Assembly (NCBI GenBank): GCA_051362555.1
Contig: CM120640.1
Coordinates: 65,016,788-65,080,787 of the forward strand
From: Lingula anatina
Taxonomy: Eukaryota; Animalia; Brachiopoda
DNA length: 64,000 nt
Direction: 5' to 3'
Both the position numbers and the translations under genes were made by a program. The notes under the pieces are model-generated. The model made no database searches and had not been told where the DNA came from. It was given only the letters and a program-made list of their open reading frames with translations. Shown here piece after piece: positions 12,297 through 26,533 of the stretch (its first letter is position 1; each line of letters opens with the position of its first letter).

Positions 12297-14122
12297 TTGA
12301 TATAAGAAACAATTCAATGTATTTGTTATTCTGATTTTTGATGCCATATTTCTGTATAATTGAATTTATTGTTTTGTTATTTGCTCACACCAAGTTGGAC
12401 AATATATTGTTGATCTTTTTATACCATTGTTAATTTTAAAAGCTTGAGTCATGGGGTGAATCCCCCTGAGCACGTGTTGATACACACTGACACTCGTACT
12501 GTGTGAACCGTAGATTTTACAGAAAATGTGTTCAAATGTGGAAAAAATGGTAAATAGTTGATTTTATGTGTGCTGTTTAAATATATGTTTTTTCCCTCTA
12601 TGGCATTTCTTTTTCCATTCTTCATCTGTTTAAAGTTTCATGCATTAATAGAAAAGATCAGAAAAATAAAGTAAGATTATGTAAAAAGTTTCAAGGAGTA
12701 TTAACTAATAACTATTATTATAATTATATTTACAATAGATGAGAAATGTGGATGTTTACAAGTGAGTTAGAATTTCATAATTGACCATTATGATTAGTAA
12801 TTCACTGCAAGTGGTCTTTTCTCAAACATTTATAAAATATTGTGCCGTGCAAAATTTTAGAGATATAAAAATTTACTTATATTAAATATTTTACTCATTC
12901 TGGTAATGCATTTATATGCCCAGATTGTATGTGAAAAATCTGATCACTCTTTATGACATTGTATGTATATATATGAATTTCTTTCAGACTGTTATTTAAC
13001 ATCTTCTTTACCTTTTTACATTTCTGTTACTGTTCAAAATTAACCATGCAATCTAACTGACCTTCCTTGCAAGAAAAAATAAAGTAATTAATTTCTATTA
13101 AAGTTCAACAAGTTGTCATCAGTAAACATGGAGGCTTTGCACCGAGTAAATTTTTTAAAGCTTTGCTCCAAGTATTTACACCAGAAAACAAATGGATATA
13201 TTTTAATTTGAATAGGCTTCTTGTACTGTACATCACATATCCAGTTGTTCTCATCATACCTTACTTGGAATGCATGCGAGGTTTTCAATAAATGTTTATC
13301 TCGTGAGATTTGAACTTATTAATACCTAGTTTTTTTTTTTTTTTTTTTTTTTTTTTCAAACCTGATCATTGTTCTACCATAGAAAAGCATGGGTTAGGAT
13401 AACGTGGTAGCTTACATGTATAAAGATAAGGCAAGTGCCTTTTATGAAAACGTACATTTTTTAGGGGAGGGGGGGGTGCTGCCAAAAATTGAATAAACCA
13501 CTTTCAAAATAGGTTTTCGGATGATGTGAATAGGAAGCGAAAATGAAACTGAAAGTGCGACACCCCTTTTTACTGGCTGAATATAAATAGGTTCGGATGA
13601 AAGATATAAGGGGTGGAGATTTGGCTGGAAATTGTTAATTTATAATATTCAGTTTGGTTGGTGGATCTGCAACAAGAATGCAATTAGTAAAACGGGAATG
13701 AGGGGGCTATACATTGCCACGCACTCATGTATATATACACACACGCGCCCTTTACCCGGGATAATTAAGTAGCACATGCACGGAAAGCTGTTACTTGTCT
13801 TTATTTTAAGAACAAAATTGCAGACGACAACTTAATATAAAACACGGTCCGTTTGGTTTTTTAAATGCAAATCTTCGGTCTAGTATAATGAAAGTTATTT
13901 AAGGACACCCTGTTATTTCCCGATGTTTAAGAAATGGGGAAATACTGTAGTAATATTGTTGGAAAACGTCAGTGCTGTTTGTTTGATGGAGGCACTCTAG
14001 GAATAATATTTAGGGCACTTCACGCCTAAATCCATTATGGAGGTGCATTTCACAAGCTGAAGTCCTAAAAAATAAAACTGAATGATGTGGATATGTGTGT
14101 AGAACAAAAACCCACGTCTGTC

Positions 14123-14126
<4 letters not shown>

Positions 14127-14164
<38 letters not shown>
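14127..14164. repeat. (TA)n microsatellite
   Basis: Pure atatat run. Confidence 0.95.
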
Positions 14165-14166
<2 letters not shown>

Positions 14167-15233
14167 GATTTCTATCATGGTCTATTCCATTATGTAAGAA
14201 GCCCAAACGGAACTTAACAAATGGACATGTATGTTCCTGGAGATATAATTTATTTATTTATTTATTTATTTTTTGTTTCGTGTCCCAATATCTGTTGTAG
14301 TAATTCAGTCATGGTAAATTATAGCTAACGTAAGGATGTCTTTATGAATATTTATATAGGCTATATTTATACTGTAGCTCAGGGGGCTTTGCGTTTTGCC
14401 TAAAACGTAGGCCTACGTAATCGTCCCCAGAAAAATGTCCGCAAAAAGTTATTCTTGTCCAAGCACTTGGTGCAATAGGTACCAGGGGTTTCTATTGTCG
14501 ACTGACACATGTAAAGTGTTTTCATGCGTAGTTTGACATTTCTGACAAAAAAATTTGCACCACGAAAGTGTTTCGATCTTTTAGGGCCTATAGGCCTACT
14601 GTCAGCGTGCTGAATATTTCCCTTATATAATACAGAATGACAAACAAACTAAAATCGTTCAAATAATAATAATAATCCCTCTATACAGAGGATTATCATG
14701 TTTTTACAACTTTATACTTGTGGGAAATAAATTAAAGAATAAAGCCAATGCTGATCGAATTTTCAAAGTGGGGAAAAGGCAGAATATTTTTCACTTGTGA
14801 CAGTAGGCTAACGTACGGATATTTCTTTTTGAGGCTAGACAGTGGATTATTTTTTATTCTTTATAGGTCCAGGGCAGTAAAAGTTTGACACTTCTTCTTT
14901 CATGCGGACCCTAAAACCACCAAAGTTTCTTATACAATATGCGCACTTAATATTTTAAGAGCGTGCCTGTAACATAATGTGCACCTAGAGCTATATTGGG
15001 TTTGGGTGGCCGGCTGTCACCTTGATCAGCTGGCACCTAGAGCACGGGCATTTGTAAGAAAAGTCAGTTTGCAGCTCTTGGCAGACGCCTCACAGCAGCT
15101 GCTCTCAAGACGACATTAAACCAAAAATAACAGGGTTATCTAGTGCTCTCTCTATAGACTAGACGACATTGACCCAATTCAGTGTTCACATGACACTATA
15201 CATAAACCAGATCTAAGCTGTAAAGTGGGAAAC

Positions 15234-18200
15234 ATGGCAGAGGCAGAACAACAAGCCGCCCCTGAAGGGGACTCACCGTCTGTTGATTTCTCTGGAATGT
15301 GGAAATTGGACAGAAGTGAAAACTTCGAAGACTTTTTGAAGGAAAATGGTAGCGTATGCGTAACTAGTGGATGGGGTTCAGAGGGAGAGGGAGGGGGAGT
15401 GAGTTAGCTATCGCAGTATCTGACCTGTACACCTAGGCCTACAACCATGCATTGCATATGTTTGGTATTTACGAAACGTGTTACTTGGAAATCACCGAGA
15501 AGTGCATGTACCTTCTCTGTCCACCATGGCAGAGGCTGTGTTGCATATATATGTATGTAAACCAGAGATCGAACTACTGGTAGTACGTGCAGTACCACCC
15601 CGAGGATAAATTTGAGTGTAGAAGGGGGCGTGGTGCGTGAGGGCGTGCAGCATGTATTGAGTTTGCCAGTATGGAGTTCACGCTTGATTGTAATGCCCGT
15701 GACAGCTAATTAAGTCTAAATACGATAAACCCATTTGTCTCATAACATTTTATTGCTGTAGTGATTTACATTTTATTATGTACAGACACAGATGTGTCTG
15801 TACATATAGCCATCATCTGCGTCTGTCGTCGCCGTCGTCGCCGTCGTCGCCGTGCACTTTTACCGATAACACGATAAGTGGAAAACCATTTTACCTTTTG
15901 ACTTGAAACTTGCAGAACTGATGAATATTCATAATACGCAGGTCAAGTTCGAAAATCAGCATGATCGGGTCACTTTTAGGGAATTTATGCTGTTTTTATG
16001 TACAGACACAGATGTGTCTGTACATATAGCCATCATCTACGTCTGTCGTCGTCGCCGTCGTCGCCGTCGTCGTCGCCGTGCACCTTTACCGATAACACGA
16101 TAAGTGGAAAACCATTTTACCTTTTGACTTGAAACTTACAGAACTGATGAATATTCATAATACGCAGGTCAAGTTCGAAAATCAGCATGATCGGGTCACT
16201 TTTAGGGAATTTATGCTGTTTTTTCACTTTTTTCAGCATATATGCAGCACCGATAACACGATAAGTGGAAAACCATTTTACCTTTTGACTTGAAACTTAC
16301 AGAACTGATGAATATTCATAATACGCAGGTCAAGTTCGAAAATCAGCAAGATTGGGCCATTTTTAGGGAATTTATGCTGTTTTTTCACTATTTTCAATAT
16401 AAATACAACACTGATAACACAATATAAGAAAAACGGATTGGCCAATTGTAATTATACTCACAGGAGTGGTCAATCTTACTAAAACGCAGGTTGAGTTCGA
16501 AAATCAGCATAATCGGGCCATTATTTTAGAAGTTATACTGTTTTTCACATTTCCTCAGATTCAATTATTAGGCATGTTAACAGTCTCATTATTTAACTAA
16601 TAAGATGCCTAAAAGTGTTTGTTTGATATTTCCTGCATCTTTACAACATTGTTAGTTGATTATGTAAAAAACATGGTAAACTTGTTATCATGTATTGTGT
16701 AACAAAGTGTCAAAAATGGAAATAAACTCATATCATTGCAGTTTGTCAGATTCAATCATCCACTATGTTCAGAATCTCAGAATGGAGGAAATTGGACATT
16801 TAACACTGTTCTATTGATACTTTTCCCATCTCATCAATTTTCTTAGTTGGTCATATAAAATGGCAGTAAAATGTTTATTTTGTTTTATGTTAAAAAAGTG
16901 TTAAAAATGGAAATAAACCCATTTCAGAACAGTGCTGTCTTGTTTACATTTTGGCATTTTCAAGGCGTGACTTTGAAGTTCCATGGGCCTGAAGACTTTT
17001 GCTTGTCACATTTTCTGAATGTCCATGTTACTAATATTTTATTAATAACATTTGATTGTCATTATGCTGTTAAACATTATGTAATGTTGCATCAAAATTT
17101 GAAGAAACCCCTATTTTGGGCACTGCTCCTATGATGACCATTTAAGGGAAATCATGTCACTTACTGTTCTCAAACTTACAGGAAAGAAACATGGGTCTAA
17201 CATACAGCTTTAATTGGCAACACAGTCTGTTTGGTAAATTTTTCTGGCAATTTAACAGTTTTTTGTGAAAATTTAATTTTTCAGTTATTTGCATCTTTAT
17301 TTTCTGTTCTTTGTCTGTACATTTGACAGCTTTGCTGCCTTGTTTCACTTTTTTCAGCATATATGCAGCACCGATAACACGATAAGTGGAAAACCATTTT
17401 ACCTTTTGACTTGAAACTTGCAGAACTGATGAATATTCATAATACGCAGGTCAAGTTCGAAAATCAGCATGATCGGGTCACTTTTAGGGAATTTATGCTG
17501 TTTTTTCACTTTTTTCAGCATATATGCAGCACCGATAACACGATAAGTGGAAAACCATTTTACCTTTTGACTTGAAACTTACAGAACTGATGAATATTCA
17601 TAATACGCAGGTCAAGTTCGAAAATCAGCATGGTCGGGTCACTTTTAGGGAATTTATGCTGTTTTTTCACTTTTTTCAGCATATATGCAGCACCGATAAC
17701 ACGATAAGTGGAAAACCATTTTACCTTTTGACTTGAAACTTACAGAACTGATGAATATTCATAATACGCAGGTCATGTTCGAAAATCAGCATGATTGGGC
17801 CATTTTTAGGGAATTTATGCTGTTTTTTCACTATTTTCAATATAAATACAACACTGATAACACAATATAAGAAAAACGGATTGGCCAATTGTAATTGTAC
17901 TCACAGGAGTGGTCAATCTTACTAAAACGCAGGTTGAGTTCGAAAATCAGCATAATCAGGCCATTATTTTAGAAGTTATACTGTTTTTCACATTTCCTCA
18001 GATTCAATTATTAGGCATGTTAACAGTCTCATTATTTAACTAATAAGATGCCTAAAAGTGTTTGTTTTATATTTCCTGCATCTTTACAACATTGTTAGTT
18101 GATTATGTAAAAAACATGGTAAACTTGTTATCATGTATTGTGTAATAAAGTGTCAAAAATGGAAATAAACTCATATCATTGCAGTTTGTCAGATTCAATC

Positions 18201-20662
18201 ATCCACTATGTTCAGAATCTCAGAATGGAGGAAATTGGACATTTAACACTGTTCTATTGATACTTTTCCCATCTCATCAATTTTCTTAGCTGGTCATATA
18301 AAATGGCAGTAAAATGTTTATTTTGTTTTATGTTAAAAAAGTGTTAAAAATGGAAATAAACCCATTTCAGAACAGTGCTGTCTTGTTTACATTTTGGCAT
18401 TTTCAAGGCGTGACTTTGAAGTTCCATGGGCCTGAAGACCTTTGCTAGTCACATTTTCTGAATATCTGTGAAACAAATATTTTATAATTAAAAATTGATG
18501 GTCATTAAGCTGTTAAACATTATGCAATTATATAATTATATAATATTGCATTATATAATATTGCATCAAAATTTGAAGAAACCCCTATTTTGGGCACTAC
18601 TTCCATGATGACCATTTAAGGAAAATCATGTCACTTACTGTTCTCAAACTTACAGGAAAGAAACATGGGACTAAAATACAGCTTCAGTAGGCAATGCAGT
18701 CTGTTTGGTATTTTTATTTATTTATTTATTTATTTTTTTTTTTTGGCAGTTAAACAGTTTTTTGTGAAAATTTAATTTTTCACATATTGGCATTTTCAAG
18801 GTGTGACTTTAAAGTTCCATGATCTTGAAGACTTTTGCTTGTCACATTTTCTGAATGTCCATGTTACTAATATTTTATTAATAACATTTGATTGTCATTA
18901 TGCTGTTAAACATTATGTAATGTTGCATCAAAATTTGAAGAAACCCCTATTTTGGGCACTGCTCCTACGATGACCATTTAAGGGAAATCATGTCACTTAC
19001 TGTTCTCAAACTTACAGGAAAGAAACATGGGTCTAACATACAGCTTCAATAGGCAACGCAGTCTGTTTGGTAAATTTTTCTGGCAATTTAACAGTTTTTT
19101 GTGAAAATTTAATTTTTCACTTATTTGCATCTTTATTTTCTGTTCTTTGTCTGTACATTTGACAGCTTTGCTGCCTTGTTTATGTACACACTAATCCATT
19201 GTTATGGCTTTGAAACCTTTTTTATATTGTGTTAGTTCAACATTTAGGCCTAAAATTAACAAACTGAACAGTTAATTATAAGTCAGTGATGGTATTATCT
19301 ATTATGGTTTTTATGTCCATGACAGGTGCCAACATTGTAGCCAGAAAGATGGCAGGATTATCCAAACCTACACAAGAAATCAAACAAGAGGGGAACAAAT
19401 TTGTGATCAAGACACAGGCTGGTTTTTGGACACAGGAGCAGTCCTTTACAGTGGGAGACAGTTTTCAGCAGGACCATCAGGGCACGACGATGACAGTAAG
19501 CTGAGCAGTCAGTTCTAAATATTCCAGTTGCGTAAGATGTAACAGTGGTTGCCCTTACACAGCCTGATTGCCTGTGACCTTTTTAAAAGATAGGCGGGTC
19601 TTGCTATAAATAATGAGCTGACAGTGCCCTTTGGACCCTTATGTAAGATAGATGTAAAATTGTATGTCTTCCTGCATGATTATTCTATTTATTTGTGACA
19701 CCAGCATATTCTACCTAGTGTTTTAAAAGGAACCCTGAGTAGTTGAGTGATAAAGGTGATACAGGTACTCCTCTCGTGGTGTACGTTACCTTCTCTGTCA
19801 GTAAATATATAGGCCTACTGTATAAAGAACACCCATTTAAGCACTGAAACTCTGGGGTTGATTGTGTTGTTTAAATAGGCATTAGATTATATATATAGCA
19901 TTTGATTGTATGTTTATTTTATTAGTGTTCAACTCGTTGGGAAGGGAACAAACTTATCACTGATTTAGTTCCCAATGAAGAGGGTAAAGGGAAGAAAACT
20001 AAGAATACTAGAGAGTTGGTGGGTGACGAGTTAGTGCAGGTAAGAATGCTGTAAGATTTGTAATACTGGTACTGTGCACCATACTACAATACCAGTACAT
20101 GTACTGCTGTGACTGTGTCATGTCTGTGAATTTTTACATGATTTTTTCTTAATGTCCACCGTTGGTAGTATCTTAAAATGTAATACTTAATGTGTAATCT
20201 ATCAATTTTAGTGATTTCAGGAATCTCTTTTTGCTGTTGTTCATTCAGTATTGAAAAATTATGGTAAAATATATCATCAGTCTCTATAAGTTGTTGGCCA
20301 GGTTTTTGATAATTAAATAGAATTGACATCCTTGGTCGTCATGTCACAATGAATGATGGTGATTAGAAATTTCCTTTTGATTTTTTTAAAATTAATTAAA
20401 ATTCATATGTAGAGCAATGACTGCATTATTACTGCACATTATTTTGTGGGATACTGCTATATACAGCTTAAAAAAGATATAAGTATTTACTTTATTTTCT
20501 TTCTAATACTCCCTTAAATAAATAAATAAATGAATGTTCTTTTTATTATTTTGTTTGTTGTTGTTGTTTTTTGTTTTGTTTTGTTCTGTTTTTTTTTTTC
20601 AGACCATGGAAGTGGGAAATGTGGTGTGCAAGAGAATATTCAAGAAACTGCCTCCAAGTTAA
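15234..20662 (+). CDS. FABP: Intracellular lipid-binding protein (FABP/CRABP family), copy 1, 152 aa
   Basis: Exons 15234-15348, 19326-19495, 19926-20039, 20603-20662. Motifs DFSGMWKLDRSENFEDFLKENG, RKMA..KPTQEIKQEGNKFVIKT, SFTVG, WEGNKL, TRELVGDELVQ, VVCKRIFKK. Canonical iLBP 4-exon layout with intron phases 1,0,0. Confidence 0.95.
15773..19181 (+). mobile_element. Helentron-associated (HINE/DINE-1-like) element, family A; composite of two nested copies with 161-bp core repeats
   Basis: 5' palindrome tgtacagacac-agat-gtgtctgtaca, a (GTC/GCC)n microsatellite, tandem 161-bp cores (caccgataacacgataagtgg at ~17369, 17530, 17691), and a 3' subterminal repeat gtctgtacat plus hairpin gacagc-ttt-gctgcc. 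T-rich target with no TSD. Two heads (15778, 15998) and two tails (~17343, ~19181). Confidence 0.85.
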
Positions 20663-22845
20663 TTGCGCTGAACAAGATGCTTATGAAATATATATTTTAT
20701 AGTATATATTCCAAGCATGTTAACTAAACGTTGACAAACTTTAAGTTATTAGTTTAACATTTTGGGCATTAATTCCAGTCATTTGTATAACATAGCCCAT
20801 TTGACTGTTTTATAAGAGCTATAGTACATCATGTTTGTTTTAAACAAAATGTGCATATAATGTACAGTAAAACTGCGTTTGTGTAAAAGTGTTATAATAT
20901 AAGACATGGCAGGTTATCTGACCGCTTACAATAAGCAGAAGATACTGTAAACAATGAAAGTGTAGACCTACTGAAAAAGGGACATTTGCAATACTGGTCA
21001 TTATTTTGTTGTTTTTTTTTACTTGATTCATGTCACATATGTGGTATTTTATCATGGTACATGTGCTTATTTAGCTTGTACAATCTCATGACATTTGCTT
21101 ATATACCATGCTTACATTGAAATGTAATTTTTTTTAATATTACCGTATATGGTTAACCTTTTTTTCAGTGATTGTTTCATGATTAGATTTTAAGGATTAC
21201 AAGATGAATGGAATGAAAACAAATGCTTTATTTTGATAATCACTATATCCTGCTTATTGCTTTGCGCAAAGAGCCAGTAGATTAATATATTTTTTTCAAG
21301 TCTAATAAGGAACTATTGTACGCAGCAACCGTTGATCACCATGTTATTCTGGAATAAGTAAGAATAGAATCAACAGTGTTGACGTCATTTCAACGAAAAT
21401 CGGAAACCAAATAAAAGTGCTTGCTAAGCTTTTCTGTGCTTTACATCAACTTTAACCCCAAAAATATTATTGGTGAGCCTAAGAGAGAGAGAGGGAGAGA
21501 GAGAGAGAGGTGGGGGTAGGCCCCTAATGCATCAAAATGAGCATAAGGATACAGTGATAGCTCGCACTGGCTCGTCCACTCTGTTTTGTAAGTTATTCTG
21601 ATTTATATGTGAAAATAGTTTCATTGGATCTCAACTTTAAAAAGTAATTCAGTTGTGACCAAGTCTGTCAGAGTGAACAGACACAACGGTCAAGAGATAA
21701 ATCTAATATGTGGATCTATCGTAAATGAAAACTTTAAAAATTTTCTTCTGATTTAGTTTTCAATGCTTTAAATGCACACGTTCAAAGATTTACAGAGTGA
21801 GCCAAAAAGGAAAAGTGCAACAATATATTACCTCATTAATACATGTACACGTAGACCTACTTATTGTCTGTTCACCCGTGTCAGCTTGATGTATCCCTGG
21901 GCATTGGCTTGCTCTTCACAGGGTTCTTTCGTATATAATGTCCTTTGTTAAACATAACATCATTAGTATCTATACTGAGGGGTATTATATCCATTGGTAA
22001 ACATTAAAACATAAATATCTCAAATTTAATTTAACAGGAACAAATTGCATATTGTTTGTACGAAAAAAAATTATTTTATAAAGATTAAGCCCTACTGAAT
22101 TAGTGAAAATATTTTAAATTAAAATAACCAAAGTCTTAGAATAAATAATGGGCTTACAGCTTTAAGTGACATCTTTCCTGAATATATACACTATCACTGA
22201 AGGTTATAGTTATTTTATTTTATTCATTATTTAAAAAATTTTCATTGTTTATTCCCAGCGACGTGGTCGTTACATGCAACGTCATTTTGAGGGTTCATAT
22301 CAAATCACCGTATAGACCTTTAAGAAATAAATAAGTTATCCCCAGAGAAGGCGTAGAAACCGAAAGCTTGGATAGGATACTACATCTTTTTCATGAGATC
22401 TTCATAGATGCATCATTATGATAACTTCTTTATACAACGTCATTATGACGACGCCGCTGCACGCGATCACAACGACGTACGTAAGTAACAACTATTTGAT
22501 TGAAAATAGCGTCATTTGAAGACACATGCAATTGTAGTAGACTCTATGCGATCGTTGGTGGCTGCAATTGTGTAGTGTCCTGCTTTGGACTTTGGTAATG
22601 CAGCAAACCATTGCATGGACAGCGTCACTGTTCACAAAGAAGATAATCTTAATGCTGGATTTTGAAGTTAATGTGTGACTTGATCAACGGGTGCTGTTGT
22701 AGGCCTACCTGATTACGTACGATAGTTTGTAAAGACGACTTCAGAAGCTGGAAAGGCAATGTGCTTATGCAGCACCGTTTTACTAGAATATATCTACATC
22801 TAGCTGTAAATATTTACACGTCTTATAGTGTAGTTCTCCCTCACC

Positions 22846-23925
22846 ATGGCAGCAGTTGATTTTTCTGGTTCTTGGAAAGTGTACAGAAGTGAAAATTTTG
22901 AGGCTTTCATGAACAAAGTTGGTAAGTTAATCATACATTGTAGACCTACATTCCATACCTGTACACGATAGAGATAACTGAGTCGACATACGACTTGTGC
23001 CTTAGATATATTTCGTGTGTATCTCTAACTGTAGTACTGGCATTTGTTTCCATACATGAAATAATGCCAACTTTTCATCATTACAAATATATCCTGTGTA
23101 CGCTATGCTTTAATGAAATATTTCAGGTATTGGCTTCATAAAGAAAAAAATTGCTGCTAACACCAACCCAACGGTAACAATAGAACAAAATGAAGACAAC
23201 TTTAAAACTAAATTTAGCATGGGACCAATATCAAAAGAAAGTGCCTTTGCAATTGGGACTGAAATGAACGTTGATGAATTTGACAAGAAAATGAAGGTGA
23301 GAAGGTGACGTCATTTCATGATTTTTTCTACTGCATATGGAACTATTCATTAACTCAGGTGCACACATAGCACATACGGCGAAATTTTAACACTTTTCAA
23401 TGGAATTCTATTAAATTTGAAGATCTGTTTGTTTGCCCTGTACTTGCAGACCACTCCTGCTTGGGAGGGGTCCAAGCTGGTATTCCGTTGTGTTCCGGTA
23501 GACGGCGACGGCGACTCCGTTATCATGACCAGGGAGATCGTAGACGGGGAGATGGTGCAGGTAGATATACCACGTTATTTGTTTAGGAATAAAATCAAGA
23601 CTTTGTATTACAAAGTGCAAACTATTTAAGTTACTGAAAATTTGAGTCAACCTTATATTCGTCCGAGAGTCGACCAGAAATCGTCAAATTTGTTGAATAT
23701 CCATGATTCTTTACTAATGATTGGAGTTAGCCTCATTGAAACATGCCTCCCATGCAAACTATAGAATAAGAGGAAATGACAAAAAAATTGTCGGTTTTTC
23801 TTAATAAAGGCACATGTTTTATTTGATTGGTTTGGTTAATGCCTTTTAATCTCTAAATCATTTCATTTCAGGAGATGACATGCGGTGAAGTGACTTCAAA
23901 ACGATTTTTTAAAAGAGTTCAGTAG
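22846..23925 (+). CDS. FABP: FABP/iLBP copy 2, 136 aa
   Basis: Exons 22846-22921, 23127-23296, 23450-23560, 23872-23925. MAAVDFSGSWKVYRSENFEAFMNKVG...WEGSKL...TREIVDGEMVQEMTCGEVTSKRFFKRVQ*. Confidence 0.95.
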
Positions 23926-25115
23926 GGTCTAGTATTTACTGCTTCCAGGGAGAGACACGTATTGTACAAACTGAAAAACCGCTCTGTTCGATTGTACAGG
24001 TCAAATGAAGACAGAGAAGCAGCGAATTTTTTCAAATCGTGTGAAGCTCATACTACGTGTACATATAAACTGCATGATCAAAACTCCCCAGCGAGGTTTA
24101 ATTTTGATGAAAATTCATGTGTCTACTTATCGCAAAACAAAGTCCAAAAATATATCGTTTATGTTGTTCTTTGGATTGTATATTAAATTAATTGTATCAG
24201 TTTTACTCCTGAAAAGGCTACTGCTTACGTGTCGAATATAAATTTTTATCGCCATTTAAATCATATGTTTATTTATAAATACTCGTACATTGTTTTGTAC
24301 TATGATGAATATTGATATATACGAAAATAAATTAACGAATCTTTCCTCACAAACATCTTATAACTTTGTTTACCTTTACACTTATTGTCTTGTGACACAA
24401 GTTATATTTTAGTTAATTGAAATCAATATAATCATCACTGATCGCATCTAATGCACAGTTAAAACATCGATCGATTTATACAAGACTGACTACAGGGTCC
24501 TAAATTGTTCTCATATCATGCATTAGTGACTTTGCACAGGCAAGTGCAATAACCTATAGTAAGTAGGCCTACTTTCTATATAGGCCTACCGCCTTCTCAA
24601 ACCACCTCTATCCACCCCCACCCAAAGACACCCTCCCCCCCCCCCCCCACCCACCCACCCACCCACCCACCCAAACACACACACACACACTGATAGCCTT
24701 GGGTTACATGTCGGACGTGTATTTCGGTGCTTGGCTTTATCAAATCTCGTCACTGTGCTCTAGCAGGCCCTACTATCTCTTTTCGTTAACAATTCACATT
24801 TCGCAGTGACAAGCAGAAAATTATTTGAGAATATGTCATCTAATAAAAGCTGACATAATGTAGGTCCTACCCGTAAATCCGGTAAAAGCACTGGCCCATA
24901 TTTTGTAGTGCTTAAACATGCTTAAGGTTGGGAAGAGGTTAAAAACCAGGACTATACCCTTTGTTAAATAGATCTTGACCTCTTTTCACTTTGTATACCG
25001 TGCATACAATGAGTATGTTCGAGTCTCAGTACCCAGGTTTGTGTTAATGGACACCATAATTTAATAGGTATTTGAACAGAGTAGCAGTAGAAAACGTCAA
25101 CAATAATCCACTAAC

Positions 25116-26533
25116 ATGGCGCCAGTCGATTTCACTGGGACTTGGAAGGCGGATAGAAGTGAAAACTTTGAGGCGTTCTTGAACAAAGTTGGTAAGACGA
25201 CTTGTCTATAATTCTACATGTAACATACGGCAGCACCGTTACTTTACCTTTACATTTGTACAGTAACAACTTTTGTTTGCTATGATTCGACGGACGGGAC
25301 TAGTGCTTCTCTATCTGATCTGCTATGCGTCACTGGACTTCCAGATTTGCTATCTGCGATTTCGGGGGAGTGGGACTGGGGTGGGAGGCAATCTTTTTCG
25401 TTTTGGAGTATGTGACTCAGAATGATAAACCATATCAAACAGACTCATATGACTGTGTGATATGGGAATGGCATCAACCGTACCCGGTATATACTGTTAC
25501 TACATAAACAACTAGAAAAGCACTCCGAGAGCGCAGACCTCCGCCAAGACAGCGATTTTTTTATTATTGTTGATTATTGATTGATTATTAATCCGGATCA
25601 CCACCAAAAACTAATCATCTCTTCCTTGGCCCACTTCTGACAGTTCCTGAAAAATTCATCAAAATCGGTCCATAACTTTTTGAGTTATGTTGATGACAAA
25701 CAAACAAACAGACAGACAGACAGACAGGGGTGAAAACAATCTCCTTGGGGGGGGGGGGGGTTATAAATAAAAGAATGAATGAATGAAAAAAGAAAGAAAG
25801 ATCCTATAAGCTGGATGTATTAAAAAGTTTTCCTTTGAATCCAAGTGCTAAACTAAAACATGCATTATTTACTCTAGGTGTTTCATACTTTATGAAAAAA
25901 ATAGCAGTCAATACTCACCCTACTTTGGTTATGGACCAGAAGGAAGACAACTTCAAGGCTAAATTCAGCATGGGAATTATTTCAAAGGAAAGTGCCTTTA
26001 CCATAGGGATAGAAATGGATTTTGACGAATTCAAGAAGAAAATGAAGGTGCAAACATACCATATATGTCATTAAATTATATAATTTATACCTCTTCTTTT
26101 GTCTCTTTTGCCATTAAAAAACTTGATACAGGAAAATGGGCATACAAATGAAGGTATTTATTCGATTGACAAACTGTGCAAGTGCATTTAAATCATTTAT
26201 TTAAGAAGTCATACGCTGCATTTGCAGACGACTCCTGCTTGGGAGGGGTCCAAGCTGGTATTCCGTTGCGTTCCGGTAGACGGCGACGGCGACTCCGTTA
26301 TCATGACCAGGGAGATCGTAGACGGGGAGCTGGTGCAGGTACGGTGAATAAATTGGAATTGTTAACTAAGTTCCCAATTATCTGAGACAAACACATTACA
26401 TTATATTTATTATAAGCGCCTTCCAAAACTTGTCCAAGCGCTGGGTGCGGTTTTGTAATGCCCTTAATTATATTTTCAGGAAATGACTTGTGGTGAAGTG
26501 ACTGCGAAAAGGATTTTCAAGCGTGTTGCATGA
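25116..26533 (+). CDS. FABP: FABP/iLBP copy 3, 136 aa
   Basis: Exons 25116-25191, 25878-26047, 26228-26338, 26480-26533. MAPVDFTGTWKADRSENFEAFLNKVG...WEGSKL...TREIVDGELVQEMTCGEVTAKRIFKRVA*. Confidence 0.95.
25506..25766 (-). mobile_element. Short HINE/DINE-like element (family B)
   Basis: aactagaaaagcactccgagagcgc hairpin followed by acctccgcca, a single core, a (CAAA)/(CAGA)n microsatellite and a degenerate terminal ctccttgg...gg.ttataa. Same architecture as the other HINEs, in reverse orientation. Confidence 0.6.

Noticed and set aside
15903-16103. Poly-Arg protamine-like ORF
   Set aside because: It is the translation of the (GTC/GCC)n microsatellite in the HINE head.
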